Positions 20,556-29,509 of a stretch of 64,000 bases of DNA are shown here, one piece after another. The stretch comes from Nanobdellota archaeon (GTDB taxonomy: Archaea > Nanobdellota > Nanobdellia > Pacearchaeales > GW2011-AR1), in contig JBBSXO010000001.1 in the NCBI GenBank assembly GCA_038045705.1, positions 64,001 to 128,000 on the forward strand. Reading direction: 5' to 3'. Every line of letters begins with the position of its first letter. The stretch's first letter is position 1. The notes under the pieces are model-generated. The model did not search any database. It was not told the origin of the DNA and was given only the letters and a program-made list of their open reading frames with translations. The translations under genes were made by a program, and so were the position numbers.

Positions 20556-21256
20556 TATTCACTAACCTCTTTCTTTTTTCGAGTTTTTTTCTTTTCAACT
20601 TTTTCAGATTCAGCAATCTTATTTGATTCAGCAATCTTATTTTGTTGTATTAATTGAAGCAAAGCATCATTAACTTTAATCTGGTCATGAATATGAGCAT
20701 TAGGTGGAAGTATACTTACCTTTATTCCAATAACTCCCATCTGAGTCCTTGCTTGAGCAGTTGCTTTATGAACTACTTTAGAAGGATCTCCTGTCTTCTT
20801 CAGATATCCTTGAGAGAATCTCCATGTCTTAGCACGATCACTAGGTAACTTACCCGATAAGGCTAGTTCAACGCCTAAAGCCCCTGCTTTCATTATGCTG
20901 TCAAGAGCCTTATAAGCAATTATCTTGAATTTCAAAGAACCTTTTCTCTCAAGTTGAATAGCAATAGAGTCAGCAACTAATTGAGCATCAAGAGCTTCAT
21001 TAGAAATTTCTTTTATATCAATGTGAGGGTTATCAAGATTAAATCTCTTCCTCAAAACAACTGTTAATTCTTCAATTTTTTCCCCTTTCTTTCCAATCAC
21101 AAGACCAGGTCTGTTTGTTGCAATGATTATTTTTTCTCCAACTGGAGTATATTCAATAGAAACATCACTAATTCTTCCCTTTCCTAAAGAATGTTTAACA
21201 TATTCTTTTATTCCAAGTTCATCTTGTTTAAATTTAACAAATTTTTTCTCTTCCAT
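20555..21256 (-). CDS. rps3: 30S ribosomal protein uS3
   Basis: RPGLVIGKKG KH motif, SGKLPSDRA, GVIGIKV. Confidence 0.97.
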   Translation of the reverse strand: MEEKKFVKFKQDELGIKEYVKHSLGKGRISDVSIEYTPVGEKIIIATNRPGLVIGKKGEKIEELTVVLRKRFNLDNPHIDIKEISNEALDAQLVADSIAIQLERKGSLKFKIIAYKALDSIMKAGALGVELALSGKLPSDRAKTWRFSQGYLKKTGDPSKVVHKATAQARTQMGVIGIKVSILPPNAHIHDQIKVNDALLQLIQQNKIAESNKIAESEKVEKKKTRKKKEVSE

Positions 21257-21257
21257 T

Positions 21258-21836
21258 TTATACCTTTACCTCACGAGCTTCAATAGTAACTGAAGCTCTC
21301 TTTCCTTTTGTTCCGCCTCTCCTTTGAGGTCTAGGCGCAAAGTTAGTATAAGCAGATGATATTCTAGTCTTTGTGATGTCCATACCGTTAAACAAAACAG
21401 CTCCCTTTAAGTTCTTAAGCATAGGAATAAATATTTTTGAAGCAGCAACAGGGTATCTTCCAGACATCATATCTCCTTTTCTGTGAGGAATTTCCCCTTT
21501 GAATGGAACTGCCCTTTTCAAGATTATTACATCTTCCAAGTCAGAGATAGCCTTGTCAATATGCTTTCCTTTAATGAACGAGCAAATATAAATTCCATGT
21601 CTCTTTGAAATGTGAACACTAGCGTTCCTAACAATAGCATGATCTTTCTTAACTCTTGGTTTTTCCTTAACAACTTCTTTTTTGATTTCTATTTTCTTCC
21701 CATCATGCTTGTGCTCATGAACTTCTTTATTTTTAATTTCATGTTTATGGTCAGCATGATCATGTTTTTCTCCATCTTTATGCTCATGACTATGTTCATG
21801 TTTCTCTTCTTCCATTGTTGTTTTTTTAGTTTCCAT
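21258..21836 (-). CDS. rpl22: 50S ribosomal protein uL22 with His-rich N-terminal extension
   Basis: AVPFKGEIPHRKG..SGRYP core; N-terminal HEHSHEHKDGEKHDHADHKH. Confidence 0.93.
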   Translation of the reverse strand: METKKTTMEEEKHEHSHEHKDGEKHDHADHKHEIKNKEVHEHKHDGKKIEIKKEVVKEKPRVKKDHAIVRNASVHISKRHGIYICSFIKGKHIDKAISDLEDVIILKRAVPFKGEIPHRKGDMMSGRYPVAASKIFIPMLKNLKGAVLFNGMDITKTRISSAYTNFAPRPQRRGGTKGKRASVTIEAREVKV

Positions 21837-21837
21837 T

Positions 21838-22239
21838 CTACTTCTTAGCCGCCTTTGAACCTCTAGTTGCACCTATACCAGCAGCAGAGTGGTTTACCTT
21901 CTGTCTTGTCAATGCAAACTCTCCTAATCTGTGGCCAATCATTTCAATATCAACAGTAACATCTTCAAAACTTTTTCCATTATAAACTTGAATATTCATT
22001 CCAACCATCTTAGGAACAATTATCAAATCTCTCAAGTGAGTTCTAACTCTTTTTTTCCTAGATATTTTTTCTTCAGCAGATTTAATGAACTTATCTATCA
22101 TTTCAGGATGTCTTAAAACGGAACGTCTACTTCTTGCAGGCATATAATCTGAAATATCTTTCAAAGACAACGTTTTTAAGTGTTCCAAATTAAGACCACA
22201 GAATTTTCTTTCACGCATTTTTATTACTTCTTTAGCCAT
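21838..22239 (-). CDS. rps19: 30S ribosomal protein uS19
   Basis: RTHLRD, MIGHRLGEF, GIGATRGS. Confidence 0.97.
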   Translation of the reverse strand: MAKEVIKMRERKFCGLNLEHLKTLSLKDISDYMPARSRRSVLRHPEMIDKFIKSAEEKISRKKRVRTHLRDLIIVPKMVGMNIQVYNGKSFEDVTVDIEMIGHRLGEFALTRQKVNHSAAGIGATRGSKAAKK

Positions 22240-22940
22240 TATCGCTTAGTCCTTCCTGTTCTTCTTGGTCTTAGGTGTCCTACTCTTCTCCCTGGAGGAG
22301 CGTTTCTCTTAGCAGTCTTAGATTTAATTCTCTTTCCTCTTCCAGAACCGAATGGGTGATCAATTGCGTTAGTACTTACAGCAGATATTCTAGGCCATAA
22401 TTTATTTCTTGCCTTAGCTTTGTAATGGTGAACTCCAGCTTTCATCATTGGTTTTTGCTTCCTTCCATCTCCAGCAACGACTCCAATAGTAGCCCTACAT
22501 TCTCCATCAAGTTTTAATTCATTTCTATTAGGCATAAGAACTCCTATTTTTCCATCATCATATTTTTTATAAAGCTGAGCACTACTTCCAGAAGTTCTTA
22601 TCATTTTTCCACCATCTCCAGGGTTTAATTCGATATTGTAAATCTTAGTTGATACGGGAATATCTTTTAAAGATATAACATTCCCTTTAGAAAAATCAAC
22701 CCCTCCAAAAACAACACCTTGTCCTGTTATTACTCCGTCAAAAGCTACATTATAAAAAATAGTTTTTCCAAGCTTTAACTTTATCAATGGAGCAGAATGA
22801 GCAACTGAATGTAATATCTTAATAACTTCTGCCTTTCCTGTTGCAATAGGATACCCAACTCTATAAATAAATGCCTGTTTTCTTGCTTGATAAGATAAAC
22901 TTCCCTTACCTCTTGCCTGTGAAATTATTCTTTTACCCAT
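22239..22940 (-). CDS. rpl2: 50S ribosomal protein uL2
   Basis: MGKRIISQARG, NAIDHPFG, PPGRRVG. Confidence 0.97.
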   Translation of the reverse strand: MGKRIISQARGKGSLSYQARKQAFIYRVGYPIATGKAEVIKILHSVAHSAPLIKLKLGKTIFYNVAFDGVITGQGVVFGGVDFSKGNVISLKDIPVSTKIYNIELNPGDGGKMIRTSGSSAQLYKKYDDGKIGVLMPNRNELKLDGECRATIGVVAGDGRKQKPMMKAGVHHYKAKARNKLWPRISAVSTNAIDHPFGSGRGKRIKSKTAKRNAPPGRRVGHLRPRRTGRTKR

Positions 22941-23179
22941 TAGATCATTCCTAGTTTTGTCGCGACATCAATTGCCGGATCTTCTTTAGATAGTTTAACA
23001 TAAGCATATTTTTTATTTCCACGAGTTAATGTCCTCACCTTTGCAACCTTGACTTTGAATATACTAGACACTTCCTTTGCAATCACATCCTTAGTCTCAC
23101 GTCTGTCTGTCTCAAACAATAATGTATTCTCTAAGTCTATTAATTTTACTGCTTTTTCAGATGTAATTGGTTTTAACAT
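22940..23179 (-). CDS. rpl23: 50S ribosomal protein uL23
   Basis: PITSEKA, KYAYVKL, ATKLGMI. Confidence 0.96.
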   Translation of the reverse strand: MLKPITSEKAVKLIDLENTLLFETDRRETKDVIAKEVSSIFKVKVAKVRTLTRGNKKYAYVKLSKEDPAIDVATKLGMI

Positions 23180-23180
23180 A

Positions 23181-23945
23181 TTATTTTAACTCCTTTAGCG
23201 ATTGTTCCGTATATAAAGTAAGTCTTCCTAAGGGGTATAAATCTGAAATCTTTAACTCATGGGCAGATACAACATCAACACCACTCAATGATATTTTTTC
23301 ATCTTTCGATTTAACAATTAATAATCCTGCACTCGATTTATATTTTCTACTTCTCATTTTTCCTTTTCCTGAGCGTACATCCTTTTTCTGTAATGCAATC
23401 TCATATTTGTCTCCAAGCATCTTTTTTAATAATTCAATTAATTGTTTTGTTTTCATGTTTTCTGCATTTGAGACAACAAAAGGTATTTGACCAGAGAATT
23501 CATTTAGGCTCGAATACCTCTTTGAAACAAATTCTTTCTTAGCAGTAGAAGCAATAGCTGAATGTATTGCAACAGTCATTTCTTTTTCATTTATTTTCCT
23601 CTCCCTATAAAATATTTTTGGAGTATGGACTGCTCTTCCACCTCTTGCCATATTTATTTCAGCACCAACCCAATAAAATTGTTCTCCTCTTCTCCACATC
23701 GCTTTTCTAGGAGTACGAGAGATACCTTTACCATAATGCCCCTTCCACTCATGTCTTCTGTGGCTTATAGTCCCAGAAGCAGAATGTTTTCTTCCTGCAA
23801 GAGGAGAAGGTGCATAAGGGTGGAAAGTTTTGTCAGCCTCATAATACTTCAAAGCAATATCTTCTCTTATTTTTGTAGAAAAAATGCTTGGTAAATTTAT
23901 TTCATAATTTTTCTGATTCTTTAAATCATAAACATTTGATTTCAT
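23181..23945 (-). CDS. rpl4: 50S ribosomal protein uL4
   Basis: GKGISRTPR, ARGGRAVH, GKGKMRSRKY, GRLTLYT. Confidence 0.96.
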   Translation of the reverse strand: MKSNVYDLKNQKNYEINLPSIFSTKIREDIALKYYEADKTFHPYAPSPLAGRKHSASGTISHRRHEWKGHYGKGISRTPRKAMWRRGEQFYWVGAEINMARGGRAVHTPKIFYRERKINEKEMTVAIHSAIASTAKKEFVSKRYSSLNEFSGQIPFVVSNAENMKTKQLIELLKKMLGDKYEIALQKKDVRSGKGKMRSRKYKSSAGLLIVKSKDEKISLSGVDVVSAHELKISDLYPLGRLTLYTEQSLKELK

Positions 23946-24868
23946 ATATGCACCTCAACCATTTCTAGTTTCTTACGAGTTTGTTTTAAGCTAGGCCTCA
24001 AAGGGGTTGTTAGTAAAATCTGTCTTTTTGCAGGACCTTGAACACTCCCATGCAAAACAACATAATTTGTTTTAATATTTCCATAATTCTTAAATGGCTT
24101 CAATTTGATTTTATCTAATGCATTAGTGCTTGAAGCTAAGACTTTTAAGTTATAGTGTAAACGAGAAAACATACCTAGTTGTCCTGATAATGGGACTCTA
24201 AAAATAACTCTTGCTGGATGCCATGGACCTAAACTACCAGGTTTTCTTACTCCTTTCTCAGATTTATGCTGTTTTAAACTAATTCCAAAACGATGAACTG
24301 GACCAGAAAGACCCTTACCCTTTGTTAATCCGCGAACATCAAATAAATCTCCTTTTATGTCTGCAACAGTAATATCTTTTCCAATATAATTCTTAACAAA
24401 ATTCAACTTATCTTTTCCACCAATACCAATTTCAACCATATCAGGTGTTTTTTTTAAGTCAATTTCTTTAGGAACAGAATAAGCAATTACTCTTAGATTA
24501 TCAAAATCTTTTACTTCATCAATATTTTTAATAGGATTTTTCATAACTTTTACAATTCTTTTCAATTCTCTATCTTTAGAAACAACAATTTCAGTCATTA
24601 CTTTACCATTCTTGTAAAATCTTACGGAATATATCCTCATAGGAGGCATTTCAAGAAATGTAACTGGAACCGCCATTTTTTTCCCAGGAGTCATTGATTT
24701 AGGAGTAGAGTCTTTTACTATTGCAGTAGCCATTCCAGCTTTGTAAAAAATAAATCCTAAGAAACCTTCACCATTTATTGCATCCCAGTTAACACTAGGT
24801 AAAAATCGTTCAGCCCTTTTACGTGGCCAAAACTGCAAACTTCCATATCTCGGTCTTGATATTTTCAT
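23942..24868 (-). CDS. rpl3: 50S ribosomal protein uL3
   Basis: PRYGSLQFWPRKRA, YKAGM, GSLGPWHP. Confidence 0.97.
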   Translation of the reverse strand: MKISRPRYGSLQFWPRKRAERFLPSVNWDAINGEGFLGFIFYKAGMATAIVKDSTPKSMTPGKKMAVPVTFLEMPPMRIYSVRFYKNGKVMTEIVVSKDRELKRIVKVMKNPIKNIDEVKDFDNLRVIAYSVPKEIDLKKTPDMVEIGIGGKDKLNFVKNYIGKDITVADIKGDLFDVRGLTKGKGLSGPVHRFGISLKQHKSEKGVRKPGSLGPWHPARVIFRVPLSGQLGMFSRLHYNLKVLASSTNALDKIKLKPFKNYGNIKTNYVVLHGSVQGPAKRQILLTTPLRPSLKQTRKKLEMVEVHI

Positions 24869-24904
24869 ATTCCATATTGTTTATGGTACAACTCTCCAAA
24901 TTTA

Positions 24905-24980
24905 AATATCTTAACGTTAGCAACCGTTAGATATTCAGTTCAATTTCTACTTCTATCTCTTAGAAATTGAGTATTTAAAT
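24905..24980 (-). promoter_or_regulatory. putative promoter and leader of the ribosomal superoperon with two inverted repeats
   Basis: TTTAAATA box at 24979-24972; perfect IR TCAATTTCTA-N11-TAGAAATTGA (24940-24970); hairpin 24905-24935. Confidence 0.5.
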
Positions 24981-25234
24981 CTTACTCATATTTCTACAAG
25001 GTTTGGATTATAGTTAACGACTTTAGTTTTTCAATTTATGAATAGCCATAATTACTAAATCGTTTTATATTAAAACCATATTCAAACCTTTCTGTCTTAT
25101 TATAAAACGATAATGGAAATAGAACAAAACGAAAGTTTCTAATTAGAATTTTTACAACAAAGCAAGCTACGAGGTATTAAACCAAAAAAATTCTATAATA
25201 AAGATTTCTTACCCAATTCTTCCAAGTCAACCGC

Positions 25235-27094
25235 TCAAGTACTTCCAGTAGTCCCTGTAGTTCCAGATCCGCCAGGAGGATTGCTCACATTACCAGGAAT
25301 ACTGCTGGTGCCTCCAAAGTTAGGAACGGTTATAATTGGCAGAGGAGGTAATATAATCGTTTGGCAAGATGTTTTAGGAACTACTCCAGGATTAGCTCTT
25401 ACAAAATACCCTCTATTCTTGTGTCCCCACCAAGATCCTGCTTTAGGTTGTATATCTTGATTAGCTATGGGTATTGGTCTAGGAACATCGCACCATCCAT
25501 CAGGCTGGCTATCAACACAAGTAGGGCTGTAATCACTCCACCAATTTCGCTCAAAAACATCATTAGGGGAGTTTACATCCAAGGCCTGAAGCAAAATATT
25601 TTGATCAAAATCGTTAGATCTTACAAATGAACTTTCATTAGAATTATTAAATTCCAAACCTATTTTATTAAAACCAAAATAGTTATTAGTAGCATAAATA
25701 TCTGGAGATATAGATGTGTCTTCTACATTTTCTATAAGCAATCCAATCAAATTATTACCTATAATGTTAGCACCCCTTATTACAACAGAAACTCTATCAC
25801 TCTCTCTAATTTCTATCCCATTACTATTCCCATTAGTTTGGATTCCATTATAAATTATATCATTACAAATAATTTCTGATCCAACATGGCTAAATATATC
25901 TGGATTAGTTTTTCCATTTAGATAAACGCCTTCTCTTCCATTATAAATTATATCATTTTGTAAAAGTACATTTTCGGTTGAAAGAGAATCAATTATAGAG
26001 CTGTCAGCAAAATTAGATGAAACTCCATATCTATTGTTTTGAGAGATATAATTTGCAAAAACATCTCCAACATTAATATTCATTCCAGTACAAAGTTGCC
26101 CGGGATGAGAGATACAGGCAGGAAGAGAATTATTTCCTACAATATGAGGAATATGTAAATATATTCCATCAACTGCATTGTTAATTATATCATTTGAAAT
26201 AATGTAATTAAAGTTAGTCACAAATGAGGTATATGGTCCGCTTGTCAATATTTTGGGAGATTTTGAAGCAATAATTGCAATCCCAGATCCATTTAAATAA
26301 AAGCCGTTAGAGTTAATAAAGTTGTTTTTTATCTGGCTCTGAGCAGAATCAGTCCAGAATCCCAAATTCTGGATACCACTTTTATAATTTTCACTAATAT
26401 TATTTTCAGATATCAAAATAGAATTGTTTATTAAATACGGGCTTACAGGTAGATAAGCATCGTAATCAAAAGCATCAAAATTAATTCCATTTAGTCTATT
26501 ATTTATAATTCTATTTTTAAATAAATATATTCCTGCAGGAAACAATGTAGAATTAGAATAATTTACTAACCCAAAATGAGTTGATGTAAAAAGAACACCA
26601 TCCTTATTATTATTTCTAATGTCACTTAAGTTTACATGAATATTTACTACATTATATCCAACAAATAACCCACTCCCATTATTAAGGCTAGATTTAACAG
26701 CTAATAGATTAATTTCCGAAGTATAATTTGTAACGTTTCCTACAAATATTCCGTTACCTTTAAAATTTGCAAAGTCACACCCTTCAACAGTTACATTTCT
26801 TCTTCCAGAAATTGTTAATCCATTTGCTCCAGTCCAAGAATTACCATTAAAAAGGTTTCCAGGCTGACAAGTTATTTTAACATTATCTGATCCAATACCT
26901 ATTCCATAATTATATACTCTAGGACAAATAGTTACAGATTGCATAATCAGTTGAGGATATGCAGGAGGTGTAATGCAAGGTTGTTTTCTGGAAGGTGCAA
27001 GTGAAATATCAAAAATATTCAATTCATAAATTGTAAAAACCACTAAAAGAGATATAACAACAAAAACAATCAACAAACCTCTACTCTTATTCAT
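25235..27094 (-). CDS. secreted or membrane-anchored right-handed parallel beta-helix protein, paralog 2
   Basis: N- and C-termini nearly identical to 7330-9156; Asn-ladder beta-helix repeats; G/T-rich tail. Confidence 0.75.
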   Translation of the reverse strand: MNKSRGLLIVFVVISLLVVFTIYELNIFDISLAPSRKQPCITPPAYPQLIMQSVTICPRVYNYGIGIGSDNVKITCQPGNLFNGNSWTGANGLTISGRRNVTVEGCDFANFKGNGIFVGNVTNYTSEINLLAVKSSLNNGSGLFVGYNVVNIHVNLSDIRNNNKDGVLFTSTHFGLVNYSNSTLFPAGIYLFKNRIINNRLNGINFDAFDYDAYLPVSPYLINNSILISENNISENYKSGIQNLGFWTDSAQSQIKNNFINSNGFYLNGSGIAIIASKSPKILTSGPYTSFVTNFNYIISNDIINNAVDGIYLHIPHIVGNNSLPACISHPGQLCTGMNINVGDVFANYISQNNRYGVSSNFADSSIIDSLSTENVLLQNDIIYNGREGVYLNGKTNPDIFSHVGSEIICNDIIYNGIQTNGNSNGIEIRESDRVSVVIRGANIIGNNLIGLLIENVEDTSISPDIYATNNYFGFNKIGLEFNNSNESSFVRSNDFDQNILLQALDVNSPNDVFERNWWSDYSPTCVDSQPDGWCDVPRPIPIANQDIQPKAGSWWGHKNRGYFVRANPGVVPKTSCQTIILPPLPIITVPNFGGTSSIPGNVSNPPGGSGTTGTTGST

Positions 27095-27116
27095 ATAACT
27101 CTTAGATTGAAAATGC

Positions 27117-27133
27117 TATATATATATATATAT
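27117..27133. repeat. (TA)8 dinucleotide microsatellite at TATA-box position
   Basis: TATATATATATATATAT, 23-39 nt upstream of the ATG at 27094. Confidence 0.85.
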
Positions 27134-27176
27134 TTCGAAATTAAAAAAATAACAAAAAAATAAAATCTAATCTAAT

Positions 27177-27536
27177 TTATCTTGACTTCTTCAGTATCAA
27201 ATAGTTTGAAGCTATGACTAAGTGCATCAAGAATGTAGGCCAGTTGCCCCAAGCAACAGTAAACGCTGCGACAAGCATGATTACTATTGGTGGCCAAACA
27301 GTATATTCTAACTTCCAGCTAGCTAAAATCGCTATACCGAAAACAATCTCTGAAAGTATCAAAACCCACGCCCAGAAGCCTGGAGCCCAGGAAAATAATA
27401 CATTACTGCTAAGCATTCCAACAACCGCGTCTGAACCAATTACAAACAGTTTCAGCAATCCTGGAACAAGCATTACAAGCCCAAGAAGGATGCGGTTTGC
27501 AGTCATAATATTTTTATGATTCATAAAACCTCCCAA
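27177..27536 (-). CDS. DoxX family membrane protein
   Basis: RILLGLVMLVPGLLKL and SEIVFGIAIL pattern; likely start MNHK. Confidence 0.7.
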   Translation of the reverse strand: MGGFMNHKNIMTANRILLGLVMLVPGLLKLFVIGSDAVVGMLSSNVLFSWAPGFWAWVLILSEIVFGIAILASWKLEYTVWPPIVIMLVAAFTVAWGNWPTFLMHLVIASNYLILKKSR

Positions 27537-27575
27537 GATACTAATTTCAAAGAGCTATATAAACATTTCACTAAA

Positions 27576-28274
27576 TCAAGCAGAGAAAAGATAATCTTTT
27601 ATACTTTCAGCCTCATTGACTTTTAGCTTGCGAATAATATTTCCTTTCCGCACAGCTCTTTCGCGCATTTTTAATGGATCTTTCTCATCTTTAGGAACTT
27701 CAATATCTTTAATTTCAAAGTCATGTCTAGCTTCAGCAGTTTTAAATTCATGAATCTCAAAAAATAGTTTCTTTGCAAATTCAGGATTTTTTGTCTTTAA
27801 TTTACAAAAATCTACTTTCACATCATCTGAGTTAGTTCCTGGTTTAGCTGATTTTGGAGCTTTTGGTTTTATTTTTAGTTCACTTTTAGGAGTAGAAAAA
27901 GAAAGGGCAATAAATGCTCTAGGAACAGAATCACAAATAGAAATAATTTGGTCTCCAGTTAATTCCTGAGATATTGAATATTTTTTAACACCCATAAATT
28001 GACTTATATCTCCATATTTGATGTTTTCAGGAAGAGCTTTAGTTGAAATTATGACTCCCTCAACTTTAGTGCTTGAGTTTCCAAGTTCCTCAGCACAAGC
28101 TCTAACAAAATCGCTAGCATATTCATTAGTGGTTACAAAAGAATAATCTCCTTTAGAATATTTACCTCTAACTATTGCTTTATTTGCAAAAAGTCCACGA
28201 CTATATTTTTCAAACTGTAAGTGCACCAAATCATCTGTTTTACCAGAGCAGAGTTTATGAATAAAAAAATCCAT
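27576..28274 (-). CDS. conserved-looking hypothetical protein
   Basis: 232-aa ORF with TATA-like box upstream; no recognised motif. Confidence 0.6.
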   Translation of the reverse strand: MDFFIHKLCSGKTDDLVHLQFEKYSRGLFANKAIVRGKYSKGDYSFVTTNEYASDFVRACAEELGNSSTKVEGVIISTKALPENIKYGDISQFMGVKKYSISQELTGDQIISICDSVPRAFIALSFSTPKSELKIKPKAPKSAKPGTNSDDVKVDFCKLKTKNPEFAKKLFFEIHEFKTAEARHDFEIKDIEVPKDEKDPLKMRERAVRKGNIIRKLKVNEAESIKDYLFSA

Positions 28275-28442
28275 AGATTATTCTGCAAATCTTACTTTAT
28301 AAATATGCCACAATTTACATAAATTATAGATAATCAAAAATCCAAAATGGGAAAACAAGAATTTTTTTTAGTTCCAAACAATCTTCTCAATTTCATCTGA
28401 AGTCTTACTAAACTTTATATATAGAAAGACCGTCGGTAAAGC

Positions 28443-29477
28443 ATGCCATTATCCAATAAAGATATAAGACGTATATTTGTATCCGCTGTTCTTCTTTTTC
28501 TAGTAATTGCAGCATTTCTTATTATAAGACCAATTGTCCTATCAATTTTTGGAGGATTAATACTAGCCTATATTTTTTCACCTATATATAAAATAGTTTA
28601 TAGAACAATTCATTCTAGAAACACCGTTGCAACATTGATGTGCATTTTAGTCTTATTGATAATTATAGTCCCTTTATGGTTTACAATACCTATAATTATC
28701 CAGCAAATTTTTGATTTATTCAATTTAAGTCAAAACGTTGATTTTTCACAAGTAGTCTCAAAAGTTTTTCCTTCAGCAACACCAGAATTTAATGAAAGAT
28801 TAACAACTATAATTATTCAGTTTACTGGAAACATAGCTTCAACAATATTCAACTTTTTTATAGGTCTGCTACAGAGCTTACCCACCCTTTTACTCAATCT
28901 TGCGGTTGTTTTGTTTGTATTCTTTTTCTCATTAAGAGATCAAGAGAATTTAAGAGAATTTATCTCAGGAATATCTCCGTTTAGAAAAGATAAAGAAACT
29001 GTTCTCGTAACAAGATTCAAGGATATAACCTCTTCTATTATTTACGGTTATATAATAGTGGGAATAATACAAGGTCTTGCTCTAGGTCTTGGTTTATTAA
29101 TATTTGGAGTTCCAAAAGCCCTAACATTAACAATACTCGGGGCATTTGCATCTATGCTTCCCATGATAGGTCCATGGTTTATTTGGATCCCAGTAACATT
29201 AAGTATGCTTATAGCAGGTAATGTAGGAGTAGCTGTAGCTTTTGCAGTTTATTGTGCATTTTTCGTTTCAACAATAGACAACATCTTGAGACCTTACATA
29301 GTCTCTAGAAAAGCAGGAGTCTCTTCAGTAATAGTTTTAGTTGGGATGATCGGAGGATTATTTGTATTTAATATAATGGGCCTTATTTTAGGACCATTAA
29401 TCTTAGCTTATCTCATATTGTTCCTTAAAGCATACAAAGATGGCACTCTTTCAGACATGTTCTCCCCAGCGGAATAA
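28443..29477 (+). CDS. AI-2E (PerM) family transporter
   Basis: LAYIFSP, LPMIGP, IDNILRP, GLILGPLI. Confidence 0.9.
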   Translation: MPLSNKDIRRIFVSAVLLFLVIAAFLIIRPIVLSIFGGLILAYIFSPIYKIVYRTIHSRNTVATLMCILVLLIIIVPLWFTIPIIIQQIFDLFNLSQNVDFSQVVSKVFPSATPEFNERLTTIIIQFTGNIASTIFNFFIGLLQSLPTLLLNLAVVLFVFFFSLRDQENLREFISGISPFRKDKETVLVTRFKDITSSIIYGYIIVGIIQGLALGLGLLIFGVPKALTLTILGAFASMLPMIGPWFIWIPVTLSMLIAGNVGVAVAFAVYCAFFVSTIDNILRPYIVSRKAGVSSVIVLVGMIGGLFVFNIMGLILGPLILAYLILFLKAYKDGTLSDMFSPAE

Positions 29478-29509
29478 TTTTTAAACATCTTTTACTTGTT
29501 CAAGAAGAG

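Noticed and set aside
20607-20642. 18-bp tandem duplication in rps3 (NKIAES twice)
   Set aside because: In-frame slippage in a disordered C-terminal tail with no evident significance
25150-25190. GCAAGCTACGAGGTATTAAACC, reminiscent of IS-end remnants
   Set aside because: Single copy, no clear hairpin and no transposase nearby; cannot be supported
7330-27094. Diversity-generating retroelement or composite transposon explaining the paralog repeats
   Set aside because: No reverse transcriptase or transposase, no adenine-specific mismatch pattern seen, and the enclosed genes are core
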